Origin: Nitrospirota bacterium | Lineage (GTDB): Bacteria; Nitrospirota; Nitrospiria; Nitrospirales; Nitrospiraceae | Assembly (NCBI GenBank): GCA_034440335.1 | Contig: JAWXBV010000194.1 | Coordinates: 4,980 to 68,979, forward strand | Length of the DNA stretch: 64,000 nucleotides | Direction of reading: 5' to 3' | Part shown: positions 38,811 to 47,008 of the stretch, one piece after another | How the letters are laid out: the number at the start of each line of letters is the position of its first letter | Position numbering within the stretch: position 1 is the stretch's first letter | Program-made: the position numbers and the translations under genes | Notes under the pieces: generated by a model | What the model was told of the DNA's origin: nothing | The model's database searches: none | The model's input: only the letters and a program-made list of their open reading frames with translations

Positions 38811-40808
38811 TTAACAACATCCCCCACCAGGCAACTGCAACCGCTGCTTTTCATCATCATGACGAATCGTTGTCTGCATTCTTCCCGGCGAACCTCCGCC
38901 CGCCATCACCACCACTTCGCTACTGGTGAACGGGCGCTTCAAGATCACATAGCCGTACCACTGCCTCATACTATCGCCCAAGACGATCACCGCGAGCAAG
39001 GCCACCACCGCCACCAGCCCCGCGTCCAGGTACAAGGCCAACGCATGTCCACTATCAGCGAGGGATGAGGCCTTAGTCACAAACATGCCGAACATCTCGT
39101 AGGACCCCATCAAGGTGACGGTCCCGACAAACAACATCGGCAACGCGGTGATCCACAAATATTGCGCCTTCCGCATCTTGATGAGCACCGTCGTGCCGAT
39201 GCAGAGGGCCAAGGTGCCGAGCAACTGATTCGCCGCGCCGAACATCGGCCAGAGAGTCGAGATGCTGCCGGTGCCGATGAGATAGGCCCAAGCTCCTACG
39301 ATCAACCCGCTGCTCACCGCCACGCCAGGCCACCAATTCATCCGCCGCAACGGAGCATAGAAACGCCCACCCATCTCCTGGATGAGATAGCGTCCCACCC
39401 GCGTGCCAGTATCGATCGTCGTCAAAATAAACAACGCCTCGAATACCAGCGCAAACTGATACCAATAGGCCATCAGTCCGTTCATGCCAGGGAGCGCGGA
39501 GAAAATGGACGCCATGCCGACCGCGAGCGACACGGCCCCTCCAGGCCGGCCCTCCACATCCACCTCGACAAGTTGTGAGAGCTCTTGAATCCTGGAAACA
39601 GGAAAGCCCATCGCAGCCAGCGCATCGGGCGAGAGCATGGTGTTGATCGCCAGATAATCACCGGGAATCAAGACCGATGCCGCAATGAGCGCCATCACCC
39701 CGACAAAGCTTTCCAGCAACATCGCCCCATAGCCGACCGTGGCCTGAGATTCCTGCTCGATCATCTTCGGCGTAGTCCCTGAAGAGACCAGCGAATGAAA
39801 GCCCGATACGGCTCCACAGGCAATGGTGATAAAGAGGAAGGGGAGGAGCGTGCCGGGAATAATCGGTCCGCCTCCGCTGGCGAAGATCGTCACCCGCGGC
39901 ATCTCGATCGTCGGCGCCATGAGAACCACCCCCACGCCCAGCAACGCCACTACGCCTAGCTTCATAAAGGTGGAAAGATACCCACGCGGCACCAGGAGCA
40001 TCCAACCAGGCAAGACAGAAGCCAGAAACCCGTAGCCGGCCAGTCCCCACACCAACGTCACCCGCTCAAGCTCGAACCAGCCTGCGACTGAAGACTGCGC
40101 GACCACCCGCCCGAAGATCACAGCCGCAACCAACAACACCAGCCCGATCAGAGAGACTTCCGCCACCCGACCAGGCCGGAACTTTTGAAGATAGAAACCC
40201 ATAATGAGACCGATGGGAATCGTCATCGCAATGGTGAAGGTGCCCCAGGCATTCAGATAGAGCGCGTTTACGACGGCAAATCCCAACCCGGCCAACGCCA
40301 CAATCACGATGAAGAGCACCGCCACCGCCGTCGCCGTGCCGGTGACAAGACCCAGTTCATCCCGCGCGATCTCAGGAAGCGAGCGGCCATTCCGCCGCAT
40401 CGACGCCACCAGAATGATGAAATCCTGCACGGCTCCACCCAGCACCGCGCCGATCACCAGCCAGAGAAAGCCGGGCAAGAAACCGAACTGCACCGCCAGA
40501 ACTGGCCCCAGCAATGGACCTGCCCCGGCAATGGCTGCGAAGTGATGGCCGAACAGGACGTATTTGTTAGTGGGATGGAAATTGATTCCGTCGTTCAACC
40601 GCACCGCCGGCGTCACCCGCTGATCGTTCAGCTCCACCACACGCCGAGAAATCCAGCGGCCATAGAAGCGAAAGGCCAACACATAGATACACGCCGCGGC
40701 CACAACCAGCCAGAGCCCATTTACTTTTTCAGTCGGATTGACGAGACCGACAACAAAGGCGAGAGAGACGGCACCAAGAATAGCGAGGCACCCCCAGACA
40801 AAGAACAT
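38811..40808 (-). CDS. cstA: Carbon starvation protein CstA (peptide/pyruvate transporter family)
   Basis: About 665 aa, polytopic, N-terminus ...GLWLVVAAACIYVLAFRFYGRWI...FGHHFAAIAGAGPLLGP. The ATG at 40808 lies 2 nt after the stop of the Phd-like gene. Confidence 0.9.
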   Translation of the reverse strand: MFFVWGCLAILGAVSLAFVVGLVNPTEKVNGLWLVVAAACIYVLAFRFYGRWISRRVVELNDQRVTPAVRLNDGINFHPTNKYVLFGHHFAAIAGAGPLLGPVLAVQFGFLPGFLWLVIGAVLGGAVQDFIILVASMRRNGRSLPEIARDELGLVTGTATAVAVLFIVIVALAGLGFAVVNALYLNAWGTFTIAMTIPIGLIMGFYLQKFRPGRVAEVSLIGLVLLVAAVIFGRVVAQSSVAGWFELERVTLVWGLAGYGFLASVLPGWMLLVPRGYLSTFMKLGVVALLGVGVVLMAPTIEMPRVTIFASGGGPIIPGTLLPFLFITIACGAVSGFHSLVSSGTTPKMIEQESQATVGYGAMLLESFVGVMALIAASVLIPGDYLAINTMLSPDALAAMGFPVSRIQELSQLVEVDVEGRPGGAVSLAVGMASIFSALPGMNGLMAYWYQFALVFEALFILTTIDTGTRVGRYLIQEMGGRFYAPLRRMNWWPGVAVSSGLIVGAWAYLIGTGSISTLWPMFGAANQLLGTLALCIGTTVLIKMRKAQYLWITALPMLFVGTVTLMGSYEMFGMFVTKASSLADSGHALALYLDAGLVAVVALLAVIVLGDSMRQWYGYVILKRPFTSSEVVVMAGGGSPGRMQTTIRHDDEKQRLQLPGGGCC

Positions 40809-40810
40809 CT

Positions 40811-41110
40811 TTAGACCTTCTTGGCTAGGTTTGCGGAAAAGCTGAACACCTCCTGGTGATGAACCCACTCTCCCTTGCCGGCTTGCTTCAATGAACGTCT
40901 GAGTGAGCGCATCGCTTTCCGATCACTGAGAATCTCGGCTGTCTCAATGAGCCCCAGGTATTGGTCGATACTGAGCAGGACGGCTGATGGGACACCGTGA
41001 TGAGTCAGCGCCACGATTTGCTTCTGCTCCCTAACACGTCTCACCAGGCTAGCGAGCTTGGCCTCTGAGACGGATACAGAACGATCTATTCCCAATCCTG
41101 ACGCCGACAT
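40811..41110 (-). CDS. Phd/YefM-family antitoxin-like protein with no cognate toxin adjacent
   Basis: 99 aa, ...IVALTHHGVPSAVLLSIDQYLGLIETAEILSDRKAMRSLRRSLKQAGKGE matches the Phd/YefM pattern. Confidence 0.7.
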   Translation of the reverse strand: MSASGLGIDRSVSVSEAKLASLVRRVREQKQIVALTHHGVPSAVLLSIDQYLGLIETAEILSDRKAMRSLRRSLKQAGKGEWVHHQEVFSFSANLAKKV

Positions 41111-41447
41111 GCGCGCATCCTAGCATAAAGGGGAAGGGGGCAGCCTGGTCAATCTCTGGTGCTCGCGCAACGCGCGGCCTCAGAAGGATGTGAAGGGAGC
41201 CGCCAGACCATCCTTCTTGCTCGCAGAACGCGCACAATCAGAAGGTGCTCCTCCGGTGCGCGCACGGCGACTCCCTTGGGAGAGAAAGGCTGATGTTGCA
41301 GAGTGGGCATCAAGAGACCCTCGTCGGATACACGCCGGCGCGATGCCCCCGCTTTAACGTTCACTCCCCTCGGCCGTACTGCGTCGGCAGAGTCGTCATA
41401 TGTCATGGCATTTGACGACAGAAGCGACAGCTGATAGGCTCCCCTTC

Positions 41448-42593
41448 ATGAGCCCTACGACGGTTATCCCACGCCTATTGAACCTGGAACACCTCCTGGA
41501 GAAGAAGTCGTACTTTCTCTTGGGACCACGCCAAACCGGGAAGAGCTTCTTGATCGCCAAGAGTTTCCCGAAGTCGCGCGTGTACGATCTCTTGGATACG
41601 TCAGTCTATCTTGGGCTCAGCCAACGTCCACAGCGCCTGGCTGAGGAGCTCACGCCCAAGGATCGCATCGTGGTCATCGATGAGATTCAACGGTTACCGG
41701 TGCTGTTGAACGAGGTCCACCGCCTAATCGAGCAGCGAGGCATCCGATTTCTCCTCACGGGGTCGAGTGCAAGGAAGCTCCGCCAGGGTGGGGTCAACCT
41801 GCTAGGAGGACGCGCGAGAACCAAATTCTTACACCCGCTCACGTGCCGAGAGCTGGGAGAACACTTCGTGCTGGACACCTTCATAGATCGAGGCGGGCTA
41901 CCCTCGATCTATTTCTCAGACGATCCACGCGCGGATCTCAACGCCTACGCCGGTTCGTATCTGCAGCAGGAAATTGTGGCAGAGGGGGCATCCAGGAACA
42001 TCGCCGCCTTCAGCCGGTTTCTGAAGGTAGCCGCCTATTGCAATGCTACGATCGTAAACTTCACGAACGTGGCCACGGACGCTCAGGTGCCACGCACGAC
42101 TGTGTACGAGTACTTCGAAATTCTGAAGGATACGCTGGTGCTGCATGAGCTGCCTGCCTGGCGCGAGACGAAGAAACGCAAACCCCTCGCTTCATCGAAA
42201 TACTATTTTTTCGACATCGGCGTTGTGGCGGCCATTCAAGAGCGACGCTATCGACGCGGCACGCCTGAGTATGGCGAGGCGTTGGAAACGTATCTCATGC
42301 ACGAATTGAGGAGCTACACCGACTATGTATCAGGAGAGCCGTTGGCCTATTGGAAATCGACATCCGGGTTTGAAGTGGATTTCATTCTCGGAGATCATAC
42401 CGCCATCGAACTCAAGGCCAGCGAGAACATTGCCGCCAAAGATCTCAAGTCGCTGAAGGCGTTAGCGGAAGAAAAGAAGCTGACACGCTATCTCTGTGTC
42501 AGCCTAGAGGCTCGCCGTCGACAAGTCGGCGAGGTCACGATCCTGCCCCTCAAGGAGTTTCTCAACAACCTCTGGGATGAGGCCTACACCTAA
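41448..42593 (+). CDS. AAA+ ATPase with DUF4143-type C-terminal domain
   Basis: Walker A LLGPRQTGKS, Walker B IVVIDEIQ. Length and C-terminal pattern are typical of AAA_14/DUF4143 proteins. ATG at 41448 preferred. Confidence 0.8.
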   Translation: MSPTTVIPRLLNLEHLLEKKSYFLLGPRQTGKSFLIAKSFPKSRVYDLLDTSVYLGLSQRPQRLAEELTPKDRIVVIDEIQRLPVLLNEVHRLIEQRGIRFLLTGSSARKLRQGGVNLLGGRARTKFLHPLTCRELGEHFVLDTFIDRGGLPSIYFSDDPRADLNAYAGSYLQQEIVAEGASRNIAAFSRFLKVAAYCNATIVNFTNVATDAQVPRTTVYEYFEILKDTLVLHELPAWRETKKRKPLASSKYYFFDIGVVAAIQERRYRRGTPEYGEALETYLMHELRSYTDYVSGEPLAYWKSTSGFEVDFILGDHTAIELKASENIAAKDLKSLKALAEEKKLTRYLCVSLEARRRQVGEVTILPLKEFLNNLWDEAYT

Positions 42594-42916
42594 TTTCCCT
42601 CAGAATGAAAAGCTCCAGCCCCGGCAATGGCCGCGAAGTGGTGACCGAACAACACGTACTTATTAGTGGGATGAAAGTTGACACCGTCGTTCAAGCGAAT
42701 CGCCGGCGTCACCCGCTGATCGTTCAGCTCCACCACACGACGCGAAATCCAGCGGCCATAGAAACGAAAGGCCAGCACATAGATGCAAGCAGCCGCCACG
42801 ACCAGCCAGAGCCCATTCACTTTTTCCTGTGGATTGACGAGACCGACAACAAAGGCGAGCGCAACGGCACCAAGAATGGCAAGAGAGGCCCATAAGACCA
42901 GCTTTACTGCGGACAT
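42590..42916 (-). pseudogene. Truncated, diverged duplicate of the cstA 5' end (about the first 100 codons)
   Basis: MSAVKLVLWASLAILGAVALAFVVGLVNPQEKVNGLWLVVAAACIYVLAFRFYGRWISRRVVELNDQRVTP... parallels the N-terminus of the full-length cstA. Homology stops abruptly at about 42616. Confidence 0.8.
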
Positions 42917-42981
42917 GCGGGCATCCTAACAACCCGTCAGGCGCTTGTAAATCAGCATCGGCCCCGTTATTCTTGTGAACC

Positions 42982-43203
42982 ATGGCTACCGCTAAAGCAC
43001 CCCTCATCAGCTCTTCCCCAGACGTGCTCGGGGGCACACCTGTCTTCGCGGGAACACGCGTGCCGGTTCAGACCTTGATCGAATATTTGGAAGGTGGCGA
43101 AACAATCGACGACTTCCTTCAAGGGTTCCCGACCGTCTCGCGAGAGCAAGTGATCGCCTTCCTTGAAGAAGCTAAAACCCGCATGCTCGTCAAGGCTTCG
43201 TGA
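42982..43203 (+). CDS. DUF433 domain protein (antitoxin-like partner of DUF5615)
   Basis: 73 aa, SSPDVLGGTPVFAGTRVPVQTLIEYLEGGETIDDFLQGFPTVSREQV. Confidence 0.8.
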   Translation: MATAKAPLISSSPDVLGGTPVFAGTRVPVQTLIEYLEGGETIDDFLQGFPTVSREQVIAFLEEAKTRMLVKAS

Positions 43204-43459
43204 AAATTCTTCTCGACGAGTGTGTTGACCGACGATTCGCAAAAGATATTCAGGGGCATGAAATCCTGACGGTTCCTCAAGCACCGTGACCGTCGACCGT
43301 AACCTGGCCTTTCAACAGAACATCCCGCAGTTCACCATCGCTGTCATCGTGCTCCAGGCCCAGACCAACCGCCTGAAAGACCTTCGCCCACTCCTGCCAA
43401 AACTCCAGCAGATTCTTCCCCTTGCTTCCAAAGGTGAAGTCAGCCAAGTGAGTCTGTAA
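43200..43459 (+). pseudogene. Degraded DUF5615 (Mut7-C/PIN-like) toxin gene
   Basis: GTGA overlap with DUF433. VKILLDECVDRRFAKDIQGHEILTVPQAP is followed by TGA at 43287. The C-terminal part VTVDRNLAFQQNIPQFTIAVIVLQ... continues in another frame from 43286, and the middle of the domain is missing. Confidence 0.6.
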
Positions 43460-43601
43460 CAAGCACCTTCGAAGCGCCAGCGTTCACGGCGACATGCGCG
43501 CCCTAGCACAAACGGACGGGAGGACACCCTGTCAGTCCGTTGCTCCCGGAGCAGAGGAGGGGATAGAAGCTGAGGTACAGTGGACCCCTCCGTCAAGACA
43601 C

Positions 43602-44572
43602 TCATGCATTGAGTTTAAGAGGGTAACCGTTTACATGCAGCGGAACGGCGCTGCCCCGGTGTTCTCTTCCTTGTTGTGTTTCTGGGCGAGTGTGTTCGGT
43701 CTTGCCGAATTGATCCACAATCCTGGCTCCGCCGCCACTCGCTGTCCGGTAGACCTCGTCCGGCGTCACGTCATTCAACGCCTGGTGTATTCGTTCCGTG
43801 TTGTAAAACACGAAGTAGTCCGTCAATCCCCGCTGTAATTCAGACAGTGTGGTGTACCCTCTCAAATAGATGTCTTCGTACTTGACGCTCCGCCACAGCC
43901 GTTCCACAAAGATGTTATCCAAGGCCCGTCCGCGTCCGTCCATGCTGATGGCAATGCCGTGCGCTTTGAGGACGCCGGTGAAGGCGTCCGCGGTGAACTG
44001 GCAGCCCTGATCGGGGTTGAAGATCTCGGGGATGCCGTAGCGCTGCACGGCGTGCTCCAGCCCTTCCACACAGAACCCGCTTCCAGTGTATTCGATAATC
44101 GCCATGCCAGCACTTTGCGCGAGTACCAATCGATCACGGCGACCAGGTACACCAATCCACGCGCCAAGCGGATATAGGTAATGTCCGTACTCCACACGTG
44201 GTTGGGATGGGTCACCCTCATGCCTCGAAGCAGATAGGGATACACCCTGTGCTGCGGGTGGGAGCGACTCGTGTTCGGCCCCGGCGCCATACCCGCGAGC
44301 CCCAGGATGCCCATCAACCGCTGGACCCGCTTGCGGTTGATCCGGTGCCCCCTGCCGCGCAGGTACACCGTGATCGTGCGGCTGCCGTAGAACGGGTGCC
44401 GGGTGTATTCGGCGTCAATCAGTCCCAGCAGTGTCAATTCCTGCTCGTCCGGTATGGCGGCTGGGTGTGGCGCATAGAGCGTGGAACGCGTCACCCCGGT
44501 TAGTGCACATTGCCGGGTCAGGGTCAGTGGTTCATGGGGGCTCACCCAGCCTGTCCGCGCGGCTACAGGCAT
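43602..44572 (-). pseudogene. IS3-family transposase OrfB (rve/DDE) with an extra frameshift
   Basis: The reading frame breaks at about 44071-44083 (...LAWRLSNTLEAG | FCVEGLEHAVQRYG...) between the two track ORFs 43862-44572 and 43602-44195. This is consistent with a 1-nt deletion. Confidence 0.75.
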
Positions 44573-44856
44573 AGCCCAGACTTTTTTTTGAGCCAGTCCA
44601 GTTCCATCTTGAGCCGCCCGATCTCGGAGTAGAGCCGCTCCGGACTTGCCGACGGGTCAGCTGGTTTCGGCCCGCGCTTGGCGTCGAAGAGGTCTGCGGC
44701 CTGTTCGTGCAGGTCCTTCTTCCATTGCCCCACTTGGGTCGGATGGACCCCGTATTCCTGGGCAATCTCGTTCACCGTCTTGACTGCTCGGATCGCCTCC
44801 AGTGCCACCTTGGCCTTGAACGGCCCACTGAAATGCTTGCGCGTACGTGTACTCAT
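44563..44856 (-). CDS. IS3-family transposase OrfA (HTH)
   Basis: MSTRTRKHFSGPFKAKVALEAIRAVKTVNEIAQEYGVHPTQVGQWKK..., leucine-zipper-like C-terminus ending at the slippery site. Confidence 0.8.
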   Translation of the reverse strand: MSTRTRKHFSGPFKAKVALEAIRAVKTVNEIAQEYGVHPTQVGQWKKDLHEQAADLFDAKRGPKPADPSASPERLYSEIGRLKMELDWLKKKSGLCL

Positions 44857-44987
44857 GACCTGCTCCTTTTTACAGCAGGCTACCACCTTAAACTACTGTC
44901 TGGAAATTGGGGTCCACTATAGACCCAGTCCGATCCAGACCAGTTCGCGGAATCGCCGGAGCAACACAAGAGCCATACTAGTCGCGG

Positions 44988-45377
44988 CTATGATTTAACG
45001 TTTTTCCGGAAGAAATTTGCAATGGCGTCTTTTCCAACTTGGCCCTGGGCGGCCTGCAGAACGAGCGCTTCAAAAGCCGATTCGTCGGCCTCCAGCGTGA
45101 GACCGTTTAGCTTCATGAATACGAACGCTGCCATTGCTCCCGTCCGCTTGTTGCCATCGATGAACGGATGATTTTGAACAATATGATAAAGATAGGCAGC
45201 GGCCATCTCGAACAGGTCGGCATGAAGATATTGATCTCCAAACCCGGCTTCCGGCATTCCGAGTGCGGAATGCAACAGCTCAACATCGCGAATACCAAGC
45301 CCCCCACCATACCGCTGAATTTGGTCGGCATGAATCTCAATGACATCCTCGACTGAGAGAAATATCGTAGCAGACAT
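44988..45377 (-). CDS. doc: Doc (death-on-curing) Fic-family toxin
   Basis: Fic motif HPFIDGNKRTG; 129 aa. Confidence 0.9.
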   Translation of the reverse strand: MSATIFLSVEDVIEIHADQIQRYGGGLGIRDVELLHSALGMPEAGFGDQYLHADLFEMAAAYLYHIVQNHPFIDGNKRTGAMAAFVFMKLNGLTLEADESAFEALVLQAAQGQVGKDAIANFFRKNVKS

Positions 45378-45380
45378 TCG

Positions 45381-45605
45381 CTACGCCAGCCTTTTCAGCA
45401 TCTTCCCATATCGTCGGTTCCCTTCCTCCAACGCCGCCTGGAACTTTTTCTGCCGCGCAGGAGTCTGGGCCGGTGTCACGATGAGACATTTCCCATCCGT
45501 TTTGATGTTGAGGGGGGTGTCGGCATCGATCTCCAGGAGATCGAGGACTCCGCGGTCGAGCACGAGGGCGAGACTGTTCCCATGTTTCGTCAATTTCTTC
45601 ACCAT
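45381..45605 (-). CDS. AbrB/MazE/SpoVT-type antitoxin partnered with Doc
   Basis: MVKKLTKHGNSLALVLDRGVLDLLEID... (looped-hinge-helix pattern). GGAGG upstream of the ATG at 45605; sits 3 nt upstream of doc. Confidence 0.75.
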   Translation of the reverse strand: MVKKLTKHGNSLALVLDRGVLDLLEIDADTPLNIKTDGKCLIVTPAQTPARQKKFQAALEEGNRRYGKMLKRLA

Positions 45606-45804
45606 GCACACACCTCCATGATTGGTACTACAGTGTATTGACATAGTAGCACCGTCATGCCATCCCGTAAAGCATCCTTCCTACTACTTCATCGGGCATA
45701 ACCTCTGTGCTGTGACAAGAGAAAAAGTGAGGGGACGTCGCGCATCGGACAGGCACAGTTTTACTTCATGACCCCGCCAAGCTCGCTCGTCACCTCTTCA
45801 AGGG

Positions 45805-45945
45805 TGGGGGCTGATTGATCTTCCACTGCGTGTCTCTTTCTCACCTACCCACCCACTGGCACGCCGAGACGTGCCATTAGCCCAAGCGAGGGCCTTCGGA
45901 GACCGCGCGTTGCGCGAGCACAGAAGATCATCAGACTCCATTCCC
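45805..45945. repeat. Repeat family C copy 1, with an internal insertion
   Basis: ggggctgattgatcttccactgcg ... cgttgcgcgagcacagaagatcatcagactccat. The two ends are inverted repeats of each other. Confidence 0.55.
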
Positions 45946-46019
45946 TCTTCCAGGCTCACTCGTCCTACTCACTCAAGGACAGTCGTGCTGCCGCTGCGGG
46001 CATCAGAGCCCTGTTGGTG

Positions 46020-46141
46020 TCTTGCCATAGCGAAGCGCCGTGACCCGTTCTTACGGGTGGCGCAGCCTGTTCGACGTTCCGTTCGACGATGAGTCGAAAC
46101 GGAACGAGTTGCTGCGCCAAGCGGGGCTTCGCTATGGCAAG
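46020..46141. repeat. ~122-nt long palindrome
   Basis: Outer arms cttgccatagcgaagc / gcttcgctatggcaag; inner arms ggcgcagcctgttcgacgttccgtt / aacggaacgagttgctgcgcc. Confidence 0.6.
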
Positions 46142-46189
46142 CACAAACCTTCTCAACGATCCTTCCAAGCTAACTTGGCACCCCAAGGG

Positions 46190-46285
46190 ATGGGGTCTGA
46201 TTGATCTTCCACTGCGCGCGTCCAACGAGGGCTTTCTCAAGCCGGCGTTGCGCGAGCACAGAAGATCATCAGACTCCATCCCCTC
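46190..46285. repeat. Repeat family C copy 2 (compact)
   Basis: ggggtctgattgatcttccactgcgcgcgtccaacgagggctttctcaagccggcgttgcgcgagcacagaagatcatcagactccat. Confidence 0.55.
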
Positions 46286-46341
46286 CCCCCTCTATTGGGG
46301 AATACCTTCCCACCTCCCGACTCCGTAGACTCTGATCCACC

Positions 46342-46704
46342 ATGGAGCAGGACAGACCCTACCAACGCAGCCTCTACCGCCTATCCGTCATCTATCCAGC
46401 GATGTACTGTATGCTGTCGGCAGTCGGTGAAGGGACCATGACAAATCTTTCGGCAATGGGGTGTACGATCGAAACCGATCAGCCCCTATTGGTAGACCAA
46501 AACGTCGCATTGCGTCTGATACTCCCCGATCAACAGGAGTCGCTGCCGATCGATGAGGCCCACGTACGGTGGGTGCATGGCAATCTGGCTGGGATTGAAT
46601 TCACCCACGTGGAACGGATCGCCAGCCTCCGGCTGCACAGCTTCGTGTGGGACGGGATGGTCCAACGGTTCCTCTCGATTCAACAGAAGCGCGCGACGTC
46701 TTAG
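46342..46704 (+). CDS. Single-domain PilZ protein (c-di-GMP receptor-like)
   Basis: RxxxR (RSLYR) and [DN]xSxxG (NLSAMG) motifs at canonical spacing. Confidence 0.75.
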   Translation: MEQDRPYQRSLYRLSVIYPAMYCMLSAVGEGTMTNLSAMGCTIETDQPLLVDQNVALRLILPDQQESLPIDEAHVRWVHGNLAGIEFTHVERIASLRLHSFVWDGMVQRFLSIQQKRATS

Positions 46705-46945
46705 CCCGCATGATTCATGAACACTTCTGCAGCAATCGCCAGTCCGCTGCTACGACAAGCCTTCGGTCGGCGGGCTCGCCCCTCGGACCTTCAACGTCCT
46801 GCACGAGTACGCCGCAGGGCCTCAAGGCTCCGCGCGCCGCTCTCGCAACGCGGCTCAGCGATTTCGTCCCTCGACTGTGCTCGGGACCCTGAGCTTTGTC
46901 GAAGGGCGGCGAACCGTCATGAATCATGCGGGCTAGGCGCCAACC
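46702..46945. repeat. Repeat family A: complete MITE-like element with 19-nt terminal inverted repeats
   Basis: tagcccgcatgattcatga ... tcatgaatcatgcgggcta. The internal core ggttcgccgcccttcgacaaagctcagggtcccgagcacagtcgagggacgaaatcgc (here inverted) is shared with 48851- and 50872-. Confidence 0.7.
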
Positions 46946-47008
46946 GGCACGGCAAATAGCCTCTGTGCCCCTTGCCCCTTTCCTCTCGCCTTCGCTATAC
47001 TTCGGGGC

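Larger units (their letters stand above)
43579..44918 (-). mobile_element. IS3-family insertion sequence (~1.34 kb), probably inactive
   Basis: Imperfect terminal inverted repeats agtggacccctccgtcaagaca (43579-) and the reverse complement of ctgtctggaaattggggtccact (-44918). orfA/orfB are arranged around an A8 slippery run at 44582-44589. Confidence 0.8.
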
